Positions 53,230-64,000 of a stretch of 64,000 bases of DNA are shown one piece after another. Below the pieces are notes generated by a model. That model saw only the letters and a list, made by a program, of their open reading frames with translations, was not told where the DNA came from and made no database searches. A program made the position numbers and the translations under genes. Origin of the DNA: Octopus sinensis (Eukaryota); NCBI RefSeq assembly GCF_006345805.1, contig NC_043000.1, positions 146,444,001-146,508,000 of the forward strand, read 5' to 3'. Within the stretch, counting starts at the first letter, position 1; every line of letters begins with the position of its first letter.

Positions 53230-53910
53230 GTGTATGTATGTATGTATGTATATATGCATGCATATGTGTATATGTGCGTATATGTGTATGTGTGTATAGT
53301 GTATGTACGTATCTAATGTATGCATGTGAACGAGTGAGACAGAGAGTGAGGAAATATAAACTGCTATTTAAATTGGATGCTTTTAGTCTTGCTCTGACAG
53401 TATTTCTCGAATAAACGAATGCATTAAAAAAAATCAGCAATAATCATCATATTTTAAATCACGTTAGTATTTCTTTCCATAAAACAACCGCTACACCAGG
53501 CAAAACTAACAATTCTATTAGACGAAATTCTAATATTTATCAATATTACATTCTAACTGTAGACAGCTTTTAGCTACACTACTAAATATAGTTCTTAATA
53601 TTGTAAGAGTAACAGTAGTTCTTCGCAATTGAGAAATATCTATTCAGAAACGAGTGATTCAGCTACAAAAATGCTAAGACATATGACACACTAGTCGTAT
53701 TGATATAGACAGAAATAGAATTGAGTCATATATCAATGAAGTACATGGGTTAAGTAATGTAATCAATTACAGGAGAAGATTGTTGCACAGAAATTTCAAA
53801 TAATATTAATGATAACATGCAACACATGTATGACTACCAAAAAATATCTTTGAACAATGTAAATGTATACATACACATGTATACACAAGTATACAGATAT
53901 ATACAAACAC

Positions 53911-54321
53911 ATACCCATTTCTTTATTACCCACAAGGGGCTAAACATAGAGAGGACAGACATAGGTATTAAGTCGATTACATCGACCCCAGTGCGTAACT
54001 GGTCCTTAATTTATCGTCCCCGAAAGGATGAAAGGCAAAGTCGACCTCGGCGGAATTTGAACTCAGAACGTAGCGGCAGACGAAATACCCATTTCTTTAC
54101 TACCCACAAGGGGGTAAACACTGAGAGGACAAACAAGGACAGACAAACGGATTAAGTCGATTATATCGACCCCAGTGCGTAACTGGTACTTATTTAATCG
54201 ACCCCGAAAGGATGAAAGGCAAAGTCGACCTCGGCGGAATTTGAACTCAGAACGTAACGGCAGCCGAAATACCGCTAAGAATTTCGCCCGGCGTGCTAAC
54301 GATTCTGCCAGCTCGCCGCCT
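53911..54321 (-). mobile_element. SINE family 2, head + two bodies
   Basis: Junction GACGAAATACCCATTTCTTT at ~54078-54097. Confidence 0.9.
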
Positions 54322-54837
54322 TTACAAACACATACCAACAACATTCGCACACACACACCGGGCCGATATAAATGTTGATTGGTTAGTTAATTACTCCCGT
54401 CACGCTTTGCATAAGATATAGAGAGGACGGGAGATAGTAAAACAAAGGTACAGAAAACTAACATGCAGAAAGAATACACATATAAGATTTGGTGACATAC
54501 GGTGAGTAAACCACCGCTACACACACGCACACCGTGAGAGAGAAAGACTCATAGAGACAGAGGTGGTGGTATTGGTGATGGAAGAGGAAAAGGAATAGAG
54601 AGAGTAAAAGGCAGAGTATTGATAGGGAGAGTTATACAAATGAGAAATAGAGAGAAATTATCTTCCGTTGCCAAAACACAACAGCGATGACGGAACGTAT
54701 TAAGAATGAATATGTCCGGCATTGATTGGTTGGAATATATTTTATTTTAAGGTAAATATTTATCTTTTTATCATTGTGTAGCAGTATCAAAGAGTTTGGT
54801 AAATTTAATTTATAATTACTGTATAGTTGACATATTT

Positions 54838-55413
54838 TCTTCTTTCTTTATTGCCCACAAGGGGCGAAACAGAGAAGGGACAAACAAGGACAGACAAACG
54901 GATTAAGTCGATTATATCGACCCCAGTGCGTAATTGGTTATTATTTAATCGACCCCGAAAGAATGAAAGGCAAAATTGACCTCAGCGTAATTTGAACTCA
55001 GAACGTAGCGGCAGACGAAATACCTATTTCTTTACTACCCACAAGGGGCTAAACACAGAGAGGACAAACAAGGGCATACAAACGTATTAAGTCGGTTACA
55101 TCGACGCCAGTGCGTAACTTGTACTTATTTAATCGACCCCGAAAGGATGAAAGGCAAAATTGACCACAGCGGAATTTGAACTCAGAACGTAGCGGAAGAC
55201 GAAATACCTATTTCTTTACTACCCACAAGGACAGACAAACGTATTAAGTCGGTTACATCGACGCCAGTGCGTAACTTGTACTTATTTAATCGACCCCGAA
55301 AGAATGAAAGGCAAAGTCGACCTCGGCCGAATTTGAACTCAGAACGTAACGGCAGACGAAATACCGATAAGCATTTTGTCCAGCGTGCCAACGATTCTGC
55401 CAGCTCGCCGCCT
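54838..55413 (-). mobile_element. SINE family 2, head + three bodies
   Basis: Junctions GACGAAATACCTATTTCTTT at ~55014 and ~55198. Confidence 0.9.
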
Positions 55414-55504
55414 TCTAATATTTTCTTATACTATCCATGTTGACAAAAGTACACTTCTAAAGTTACCCGACACATGACAAGTAACTTTGGAAGTGTAATG
55501 ATGC

Positions 55505-55535
<31 letters not shown>

Positions 55536-55832
55536 TGTACACACATACATACACACGCTCAAGCAAACACACACCTATATATTTCACTTAGGCATCTAGA
55601 GACTAATAACCTGGTGCAGGGCTCCGTATACTTCTGCTTCAGAACGAAGCGTCACTCGAGTATACAGCGGTAATAAGAAAACTAGATGACAAACAAATAT
55701 TCGATTATCTTATGAACTTCATTGGCTTACGGCTGTTTCTGCTATAGGATGTAGTAGACTCACAGGTGAGTGATTAAGTATCAACTTATAGCTTAATTTG
55801 AGCAAATGAATTGCACTCATATTCGAGACCTA

Positions 55833-55907
<75 letters not shown>

Positions 55908-55932
55908 CATTATATATATATGTATATATATA

Positions 55933-56228
55933 AAGGCACATGGCTCAGTGCTTAGAACGTCGAGCTTACGCCCGTGAGGTTGTGAGTTCGATTCCCGGAC
56001 TGGGCTGTGGGTTGTGTTCTTGACCAAGACACTATTTCACGTTGCTCCAGTTAACTCAGCTGTAGAAATGAGTTGCGACATTACTGGATAACATGGCCTG
56101 TATAGGGGAGGCCACACATGTATGCATGGGCGACTACTGGCCTTCCACAAACTATTTTGCCCGGACTTGTGCCTCGGAGGGTAACTAGGTGTTATCCCAT
56201 GGTAATTCATGACCGAACGGGGTCTTCT
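55933..56228 (+). mobile_element. tRNA-derived SINE family 5 variant (H2 body, tail T4)
   Basis: TGGCTCAGTG A-box, GAGTTCGATTCC B-box, shared TTTCACGTTGCTCCAGT..ACTCAGCTG body. Confidence 0.8.
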
Positions 56229-56468
56229 CCAATATATATAAATATATATATAACTAATGTAAGATAAAATTTTTTCGGGAAAAATATTTTATCAATGACC
56301 AGCATATCAAAAAATACCTTTAAAGGTTAAATTTATAAATAATTTAGAAGATAAGGGCAAAAGAAATATTCTAATGCCAAAATGCCGAAAAAAGACAAAA
56401 ATTGTCCATAACCATTATAATTTATGCGTCTCGAAACAAACCGATAGAAATTTCTAAATAATCAGTTA

Positions 56469-56528
56469 TTACCGTATTGGTCCAATTTCGGAGTTAATTC
56501 ATAAGAATTTTCCCCTCTTCAGTGATAA
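56469..56528 (-). ncRNA. Type I hammerhead ribozyme (monomer 1)
   Basis: Minus: TTATCA CTGAAGA GGGG aaaattcttatgaattaa CTCC GAAA TTGG a CCAA TA CGGTAA. Confidence 0.8.
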
Positions 56529-56932
56529 ATACGTGAGATATAAGTGAAATACTTACTCATATCCATGAAAAAAGCAAGCACTGACTCCTGAGCAGACCTA
56601 AGTACCCAAAATATATTCAAAATAGAAAAACTTCGGCACATCTAAGACACGTGTGATTCGAACTAGAAACTTTCACAGAGTGAGAGAATCCGGAAGTGAA
56701 CACTATTCAATTTATAAGTAATGTAGGATAAAAAATTTTTTCGGGAAAAAAATTTTACTAATGGCCAGCATATCAAAAATACATTAAAGGTTAAATTTAT
56801 AAATAATTTACAAGATAAGGGCAAAAGAAATATTCTAATGCCAAAATGCCGAAAAAAGACAAAAATTGTCCATAACCATTATAATTTATGCGTCTCGAAA
56901 CAAACCGATAGAAATTTCTAAATAATCAGTTA

Positions 56933-56992
56933 TTACCGTATTGGTCCAATTTCGGAGTTAATTCATAAGAATTTTCCCCTCTTCAGTGATAA
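56933..56992 (-). ncRNA. Type I hammerhead ribozyme (monomer 2)
   Basis: Identical to the monomer 1 motif. Confidence 0.8.
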
Positions 56993-57400
56993 ATACGTGA
57001 GATATAAGTGAAATACTTACTCATATCCATGAAAAAAGCAAGCACTGACTCCTGAGCAGACCTAAGTACCCCAAATATATTCAAAATAGAAAAACTTCGG
57101 CACATCTCAAGACACGTGTGATTCGAACTAGAAACTTTCACAGAGTGAGAGAATCCGGAAGTGAACACTATTCAATTTATAAGTAATGTAGGATAAAAAA
57201 TTTTTTCGGGAAAAAAATTTTACTAATGGCCAGCATATCAAAAATACATTTAAAGGTTAAATTTATAAATAATTTACAAGATAAGGGCAAAAGAAAATTT
57301 CTAATGCCAAATATGCTGAAAAAAGACAAAAAATGTCAATAACCATTATAATTTATGCCTCTCGAAACAAACCGACAGAAATTTCTAAAAAAATCCATTA

Positions 57401-57460
57401 TTACCGTATTGGTTCAATTTCGGGGTTAATTCATTAGAATTTTCCCCTCTTCAGCACTAA
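57401..57460 (-). ncRNA. Type I hammerhead ribozyme (monomer 3)
   Basis: Minus: TTAGTG CTGAAGA GGGG aaaattctaatgaattaa CCCC GAAA TTG aac CAA TA CGGTAA. Confidence 0.82.
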
Positions 57461-57610
57461 ATACGGTAATAACGGATTTTTTAAAAATTTCTATCGGTTT
57501 GTTTCGAGACGCATAACTTATAATGTTTATTGACAATTTTTGTCTTTTTTTCGGCATATTTGGCATTAGAATTTTTCTTTTGCTCTTATCTTGTAAATAT
57601 ATATATATAT

Positions 57611-58960
57611 AAGGAATCTATCCAGACTCTGTTTAAAGTTGATGGGATCCTTTTCCTCTTTGATCTCCCTCGGGACAATGTTAAATAGGGCAGGGCCTGT
57701 TGAGGAAAAGAAATTATGTTGCAGTGTACATGTATGTTGTGATCTTGAATTTGGCAGGGACGTATAGCCCGTGGTCCAAGTCTTGGATGAACCTTGAAGC
57801 TAATGTTTAGGGCGTTTGGGCAAAGTTGGCGGTATATTTTAAACATCGTACAAATGATGTACCGCTCACGGCGACGCTGGATAGAGTAAAGTTTCAAGGC
57901 TTTAAGGCGATCCCAATAATCGAGAGCAGCCATGCCTTCAATTTGTTTAGTGAGAGCCCTCTGGGGTGACTCAATTCTGGAGATGTTTTGTCTTGTGTGA
58001 GGAGACCACAGTGGGCAGCAGTATTCAAGGTGTGGCCGTACAAAGGAGGAAAAAAGTGGTATGATAACACCTTGTTCTTAAGATCCAGGAACTCATCCTA
58101 CGAGCTATATCGATCTTCTTGTTGATGTGTGCACTCCAACTGAGATCGTCATCAACAATTACACCCAGGTCTCTGATATTGTTAGTGGCTGTGAGCGGTT
58201 CCCCTGAAGGAAGAGAGTATGGTTGTGTTAGTGAGGAATTTCTTCCAAAATGCATCAGCTCAAATTTTTCCTCATTCAGTTGCATTTTGTTTCTGTCTGC
58301 CCATTTACTCACAGCATATAGATCAGACTGGAGTTGAGTTCGGTCTGCTTCTTCATTGACGATTTGCTGGAGCTTAGTGTCATCAGCGAATATTTTCACT
58401 TTGCAGTGATGTACGACACTGGAAAGGTCGTTTACGTAAATTATGAAGAGTAGCGGACCCAAAACAGTTCCCTGGGGAACACCGCTGGTGACTTTTGCTG
58501 GGTTTGAGTGGACTCCATCAACTACAACATGTTGTGTTCTATTCGCCAGGAAATACTTAATCCAGTGTAGAACTTTTCCACGGATTCCAACATTTGCCAA
58601 TTTTGAGAGTAGGATGTTATGGTCTACCCTGTCGAACGCTTTACTGAAGTCAAGATATATGACGTCAGAGTTCGAACCTGTTCCCAAGGCTTTGAGTACA
58701 TCTTCTCTTCAATGTGGTGTAAGAGCTGTGTTAGACAGTCCCTGCCACAGCGAAAGCCATGCTGATTTGAATTTAGGAGTTTGTGGGTCTCCAGGAAGTC
58801 AGCTATCCTTGATCTTAACACTCTTTCAAACACTTTAATGATGTGGGAGGTAAGTGAGATTGGGCGATAGTTGACGGCGAGGGATCTGTTTCCCTGTTTG
58901 AAAACCGGGATGACCGACTGGGATAGGAACTGTTTCGGTATATAACCTGCGTCTAACGAG
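57611..58960 (-). pseudogene. 5'-truncated CR1-like LINE, RT domain with frameshifts
   Basis: NYRPISLTSH, NQHGFR, YLDFSKAFDRVDH, GVPQGTVLGPLLF, FADDTKL, YWDRLKALKLYSIQRRRERY; TA tracts on both sides. Confidence 0.92.
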
Positions 58961-59557
58961 TTATATATATGTGTGTATGTGCGCTTGTGTGTGTGTTTGT
59001 TTGTGTGTGGTTTATGTATTGTCTGGTGCGGGAGAACGTGTGTGTGTGTATGAACGTGTATTTATATCTTGTCGTCGTCGGATGTATCCGAAAATTTAAT
59101 TGTTTCTTTGTTGAACGCTTCTTCTACAGTGATAACGTAGAAGTCTAGGTTGCCAATTTATTGCATAGAAGAGTGGATGGTATTGACTCCATGGTAGGCT
59201 GCAGCAGACTACGAACTGAGGGAAGCCATTGAACGAGAATGCACACAAATACTAAACGAAATATTTCTTGATGCTTGCGATTCTATCGCTTCGCATAACC
59301 ACCAGTACAGGACGCTTATCATTTTGAAACAGGTGTTCACGAAAGAAATTATATTTTGCCGACAGATTGTAGTAAATTTTGAAAATGAACTTAATAAACA
59401 ATGACTTCGTAATTATTTAATGCAGGTATACATTTCTTGGGGACTCTGTACACACACATTAACACGAGCACATACACACCACTACCACTACCACCACTGC
59501 CACACCCTATCATACCCACCCACCCACGCGCATGGAGATATGCTCTTATATGTATTA

Positions 59558-59865
59558 TATCACGTGATCACGTGACCGACCAGACCATCAGATGTTGCTA
59601 CACATCGCTGGTCACAATGCGTTCGCATTGTTTTAGCCTTCGAATGACGCCACCCCGCTGGCTAAGCGAGCAGGCCAACAGAAGAAAGAGTGAGAGGAGG
59701 AGTGATGAAAGAGTACAGCAGGGATCACAACCCCCTGCCAGAGCCTCGTGGAGCTTTTTAGGTGTTTTCGCTCAATAAACACACACAACGCCCGGTCTGG
59801 AAATTGAAACCGCGATCCAACGACCGCGAGTCCGCTGCCCTAACCACTGGACCATTGCGCCTCCA
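59558..59865 (-). mobile_element. SINE family 4, full length
   Basis: Head TGGAGGCGCAATGGTCCAGTGG, B-box-like GTTTCAATTTCC; palindromic end TCACGTGATCACGTGA. Confidence 0.9.
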
Positions 59866-60639
59866 CATATGTATTATATATGGTTGCGTAAATTTATATA
59901 TTATGTGCTCGCACATGTCCGTTGACGAGAGAAAATCATTTGATTTACTTTCTCTCCTGTGATCCGTTTTACAAACACTCTTAGCAGAGTATATGAGACC
60001 TGGCCTCTAATCCAGGACTTTGTGCATAAAGATTCACTTTCTATGGACGTACAAGTTAGCATTCTCTTCATGTCTCCAGGTTTGATATATGTGCTGTCAC
60101 AGACGGGTGTAATAAGTTTTTTTCCGTTTTGCACCGTGTGATTGATGATGCCATTTGGCCGATTGATATTCGCAAGATGATTTAGCAATTTTGAATAACA
60201 ATTCAAGAACTTTTAGTATTTTGGCAGTCATGCTATCAACATTCTATCCATAACAGTGCATAGTTGTTCCTTTTTCAGTGAATGTCGTCTGCAACTGACT
60301 TACATCCCGTCATATTTAAATTTTTTTAATATATTTCAGTGCATATTCAACAATAAACATAATTCAATGTTTAGATTTAAGTTTCGTGTTACGTTTAAAA
60401 TGATGGAGAATTTTAGAGGAGAGACAACATTTTGCATTCAAATGTAGCACTTTACTAGCATTGACATAAAATTATAGCTATGGTCATTCTAGTATTATGA
60501 TTTCGGTAAGTAATATCTGGTTTTATTTATAAGACAATTTAAAGGTGTGTTTATTAATAATTCTATATTGAAATCAGAATTAATGCTCACAGTTAACATT
60601 ACTGCACTAATTAGTGTTGGATATTGCAAACATACACTG

Positions 60640-60870
60640 TAGTTTGTTAAAACTGAGTTTAGAGATGCAGCACGGATGTTTGTCAGTGAACAGGTCGCGG
60701 TCTTATAGCGACGAAAATATTTTGACAAATTAAACTTAAATGTTGAAGTGAATCGAACGGCTTTTGTGTGTTTCTTAAATGGTTTATAAACATCTTCCAC
60801 GCTGCAATTGTTTTCGTTCCAGCACACGATCTCAGATCAAATCACTTGCTATGCAAGTACATCTCCGTAA
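60640..60870 (+). mobile_element. Family D hammerhead-bearing repeat (pLTR-like) with 3' tail
   Basis: Homologous to 15429-15970 (minus) and extends ~60 nt further at its 3' end. Confidence 0.7.
60679..60729 (+). ncRNA. Type I hammerhead ribozyme variant with G3/C8 core
   Basis: TTTGTCA GTGAACA g GTCGC ggtcttata GCGAC GAAA ATAT TT TGACAAA. Confidence 0.72.
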
Positions 60871-61688
60871 AGTTTAGAAATTATTTGTAGGAATTGACCG
60901 TTATAGTGCATATTGTTTAAGTGTAACTGATGTTATGTATAAACTGGAAGTTGTTTTTTTTATTCTTTTACTTCTTTCACTCATTTGACTATGGCCATGC
61001 TGGAGCACCTAGGTTTATAGGTGATACTTCCAAGTCTCCTCTGGAAATTTCTTCTAGTATCTAACGAAGGAATATTGTCAGAAACGTGATATATTTAATC
61101 TATAACATTTACTATATAACATTTTATTTAAGGTGCAACATAACTAAGGTCCCAAAGTTTGGTACAAGGCCAGTAATGGTAAGGTTGGCACAAGGCCAGC
61201 AATGACGTAAGTCAAATGGTACTTAATTTCTCGACTCTAAAAGAATGAATGTCAAAATCTATCCCAGGGAAAATTGAATTCTGAACATAATGTGAAAAAA
61301 ATTGCTACTAATGCACCACGTTTAATGTGTGTCTGTGTGCGCGCGCGTGAGTGTGTGTGTGTGTATGCGTGTGTACGTGTGTGCGTGTGCGTGTGTGTGT
61401 GTGTACACACGGAGTAGAAGATTTAATACCCTGTCTTATACTTTATGAAGCATACGCTACTTAGACCAACGGATCATGATGTCGTTGGAAGTAATTCTGT
61501 CATTTGCATACATTTGCCCATTTCTGATTATTGTAAATCTAAGCCCAACGAACCAAACTTTTAGTCCATAGGCCATAAAATGCAGCTGTCAAGCTAACCA
61601 GTCCGGAAAGGTACTTTACAACGAAACATGACCTTGTTACTTGAGAGATTAGTAACGCTATAGGGTACTACACACACACACATACACA

Positions 61689-62152
61689 TATGTATGCTTG
61701 TTTGTATGTATGTATGTACGTACGTACGTACGTATGTATGTATGTATGTATGTATGTATGTATGTATGTATGTATGTATGTATGTACGTACGTACGTATG
61801 TATGTATGTATGTACGTACGTATGTATGTATGTATGTATGTATGTATGTATGTATGTATGTATGTATGTACGTATGTACGTACGTATGTATGTATGTATG
61901 TATGTATGTATGTATGTATGTATGTATGAATGTATGTATGTATGTATGTATGTATGTATGTATGAATGTATGTATGTATGAATGTATGTATATATGTATG
62001 TATGTTTGTATGTATGTATGTATGAATGTATGTATGTATATATGAATGAATGTATGTATATATGTATGATTGTATGTATGTATGTTTGTATGTATGTATG
62101 TTTGTATGTATGTATGAATGTATGTATGTATATATGTATGTATATGTATATA
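61689..62152 (+). repeat. (TATG)n microsatellite with TACG/AATG variants
   Basis: Direct reading. Confidence 0.95.
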
Positions 62153-62363
62153 CCAATATATTATTATCTATGTTACGTGCAACTTTCAGTCAAAAATATT
62201 CCGTGTAACAGATTTTCGCGTAGCCCACAAGGTATTTATAACTATGAATATTTGTTGATCAATTCTATGAACTACGAATTATACTTCGATTAAGATTAAT
62301 TAGGATGCACTCTGTTGATTTTAGGAGTATCATATTCCTGTTATATGTGTTTGCAGGTGTAAT

Positions 62364-62397
<34 letters not shown>

Positions 62398-62466
62398 ATA
62401 TATATATACATATACTTGCGTATATATATGTGCGTGAGTATATATGTTTATGTATTTTTATGCATA

Positions 62467-62509
<43 letters not shown>

Positions 62510-62648
62510 ATAACAATTTAGGAGTGACCCTAACAGGTCATTCGTCCACCAGAAAGAGCAGCCATAACACACACACCACACACGTATATATATATACATA
62601 TACTTGCGTATATATATGTGCGTGTGTATATATGTTTATGTATTTTTA

Positions 62649-62698
<50 letters not shown>

Positions 62699-63592
62699 AT
62701 ATATGTTTCGATCCCTATATCTGTATACATGAATATACACACATACACATGCACATACACGCACACATACACACACACATACGCACACATACTCACACAC
62801 AGGCATGTTGAATTTCCTGAACGAATGAGGGAATATTAATCAATACATGTGGTAGATTATATGGTTTAGTTTAAATGAATGTTTATCCAGAGATTCGAAT
62901 TTAACGCTATTGCGATCTTCAAGGGAATATAAATTACTAATAATATTTTCGAAGCCACCATGCCCCGATATGATGATTTAAGTTGGAAATCCCTCGAATG
63001 AAGAATAAATGAATCTCGCAATCCAATATAGATCGAAAATTAACTCAATTTTAGCTTTCCAGTACCTCTCATTGACTCAGCATTCTAAGCGGACCAAATC
63101 TGTGCGATATATTTCTATGGCAAATTATTCATTCGTTTTCTCTCATAGTTTCCATGTGTGCATATGCGTATGTGATTGTGTATGTGTAAGCGTGCGTGTG
63201 CATGTGTTTGTGTGTGTGTGTGTGTGCGTGTATATATGTGTGTCTGTGTGTTTTGTTATGTGTATGAGTTTAGAGAAAAGTGGGAGAAAAAGCATGAAAA
63301 TAGCTGTGGATCCTTTCGAGATGTGGAGAAATATTGCATACATCTCATTGCATAAAAGGCAGAGTCATTGAGAGTTAAGACTGCGTTAATGATCAGAATT
63401 TTTCTTTCATAATCTGACTACAGTTATACGCCTCACCAGATATTTGACGTTGAAATAAGAATATTGATACTGTGTGTACTCAAAGATAGGTACAGTTTAA
63501 GAATTACACTGGCGCAAAATCCTTGACTCGAAATACATATTTGTTTTAAATAAATCATATACACTACACCCTGTGATTGATGAGCACTCTTC

Positions 63593-63876
63593 CCTCGGCT
63601 TAGTGGTTAGAGCATTCGACTCAGGATCGTTGTGTCCTTGAGCAAGACACTTTATTTCACGTTGCTCCAGTCACTCAGCTGGCAAAAATGAGTTGTACCT
63701 GTATTTCAAAGGGCCGGCCTTATCACAATTTGTATCACGTTGAATCTCCTTGAGAACTACGTTAGGGGTACGCGTGTCTGGGGATTGCTCAGTCACTTGC
63801 ACGTTAATTTCATGAGCAGGCTGTTCCGTTGATCGTATCAGCTGGGACCTCGTCGTCGTAACCGACAGAGTGCTCC
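63593..63876 (+). mobile_element. tRNA-derived SINE (H2 body + tail T1), B-box deleted
   Basis: Body matches 31240/55933; tail GTTG.ACCTGTA.TTCAA...TCGTCGTCGTAACCGAC.GAGTGCT matches 8476-8660. Confidence 0.85.
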
Positions 63877-64000
63877 TATACTACATATATACATATATTA
63901 TTATTATTATTACTAGTGTTGTTGTTATACATACATACATACATACATACATGCATATGTAATGATAATAATAAGTGGATGTAAACACATGAACAAAATA

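Larger units (their letters stand above)
56255..57598 (-). mobile_element. Retrozyme-like tandem array (family E): 2.6 x ~465-nt monomers, each with a hammerhead, plus an inverted terminal arm
   Basis: Units start at 56255, 56719 and 57184. 57459-57598 is an inverted partial copy. TA-rich flanks. Confidence 0.85.

Noticed and set aside
56255-57598. CRISPR-like or ordinary satellite interpretation
   Set aside because: Units are ~465 bp with no unique spacers, in a eukaryotic context; the ribozyme and terminal inversion fit a retroelement better.

Overview
AT-rich, repeat-dense eukaryotic DNA. The SINE, LINE and microsatellite content strongly suggests an octopus/coleoid cephalopod genome (inference from recalled repeat families). 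I found no host protein-coding gene, rRNA, genuine tRNA or CRISPR array. The only long intact ORF is ORF2 (APE endonuclease + RT, 962 aa) of an apparently full-length CR1-group LINE (43799-48375, minus). The window also holds degraded CR1- and R4/Dong-type LINEs, several modular tRNA-derived SINE families, non-autonomous Helitrons (one with a CTAG|TC head-to-tail junction), two foldback-like DNA elements and many microsatellites. The most striking signal is at least five unrelated short non-coding repeat families that each carry a type I hammerhead ribozyme fold, mostly in head-to-head inverted arrangements typical of Penelope-like elements. They include a tandem array of ~465-nt ribozyme-bearing monomers (retrozyme-like, 56255-57598), a tRNA-headed 'ribozyme SINE' (10055-10600) and a hammerhead with a compensatory G3-C8 core swap (60679-60729). 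All folds were read by eye; coordinates of degraded elements are approximate.
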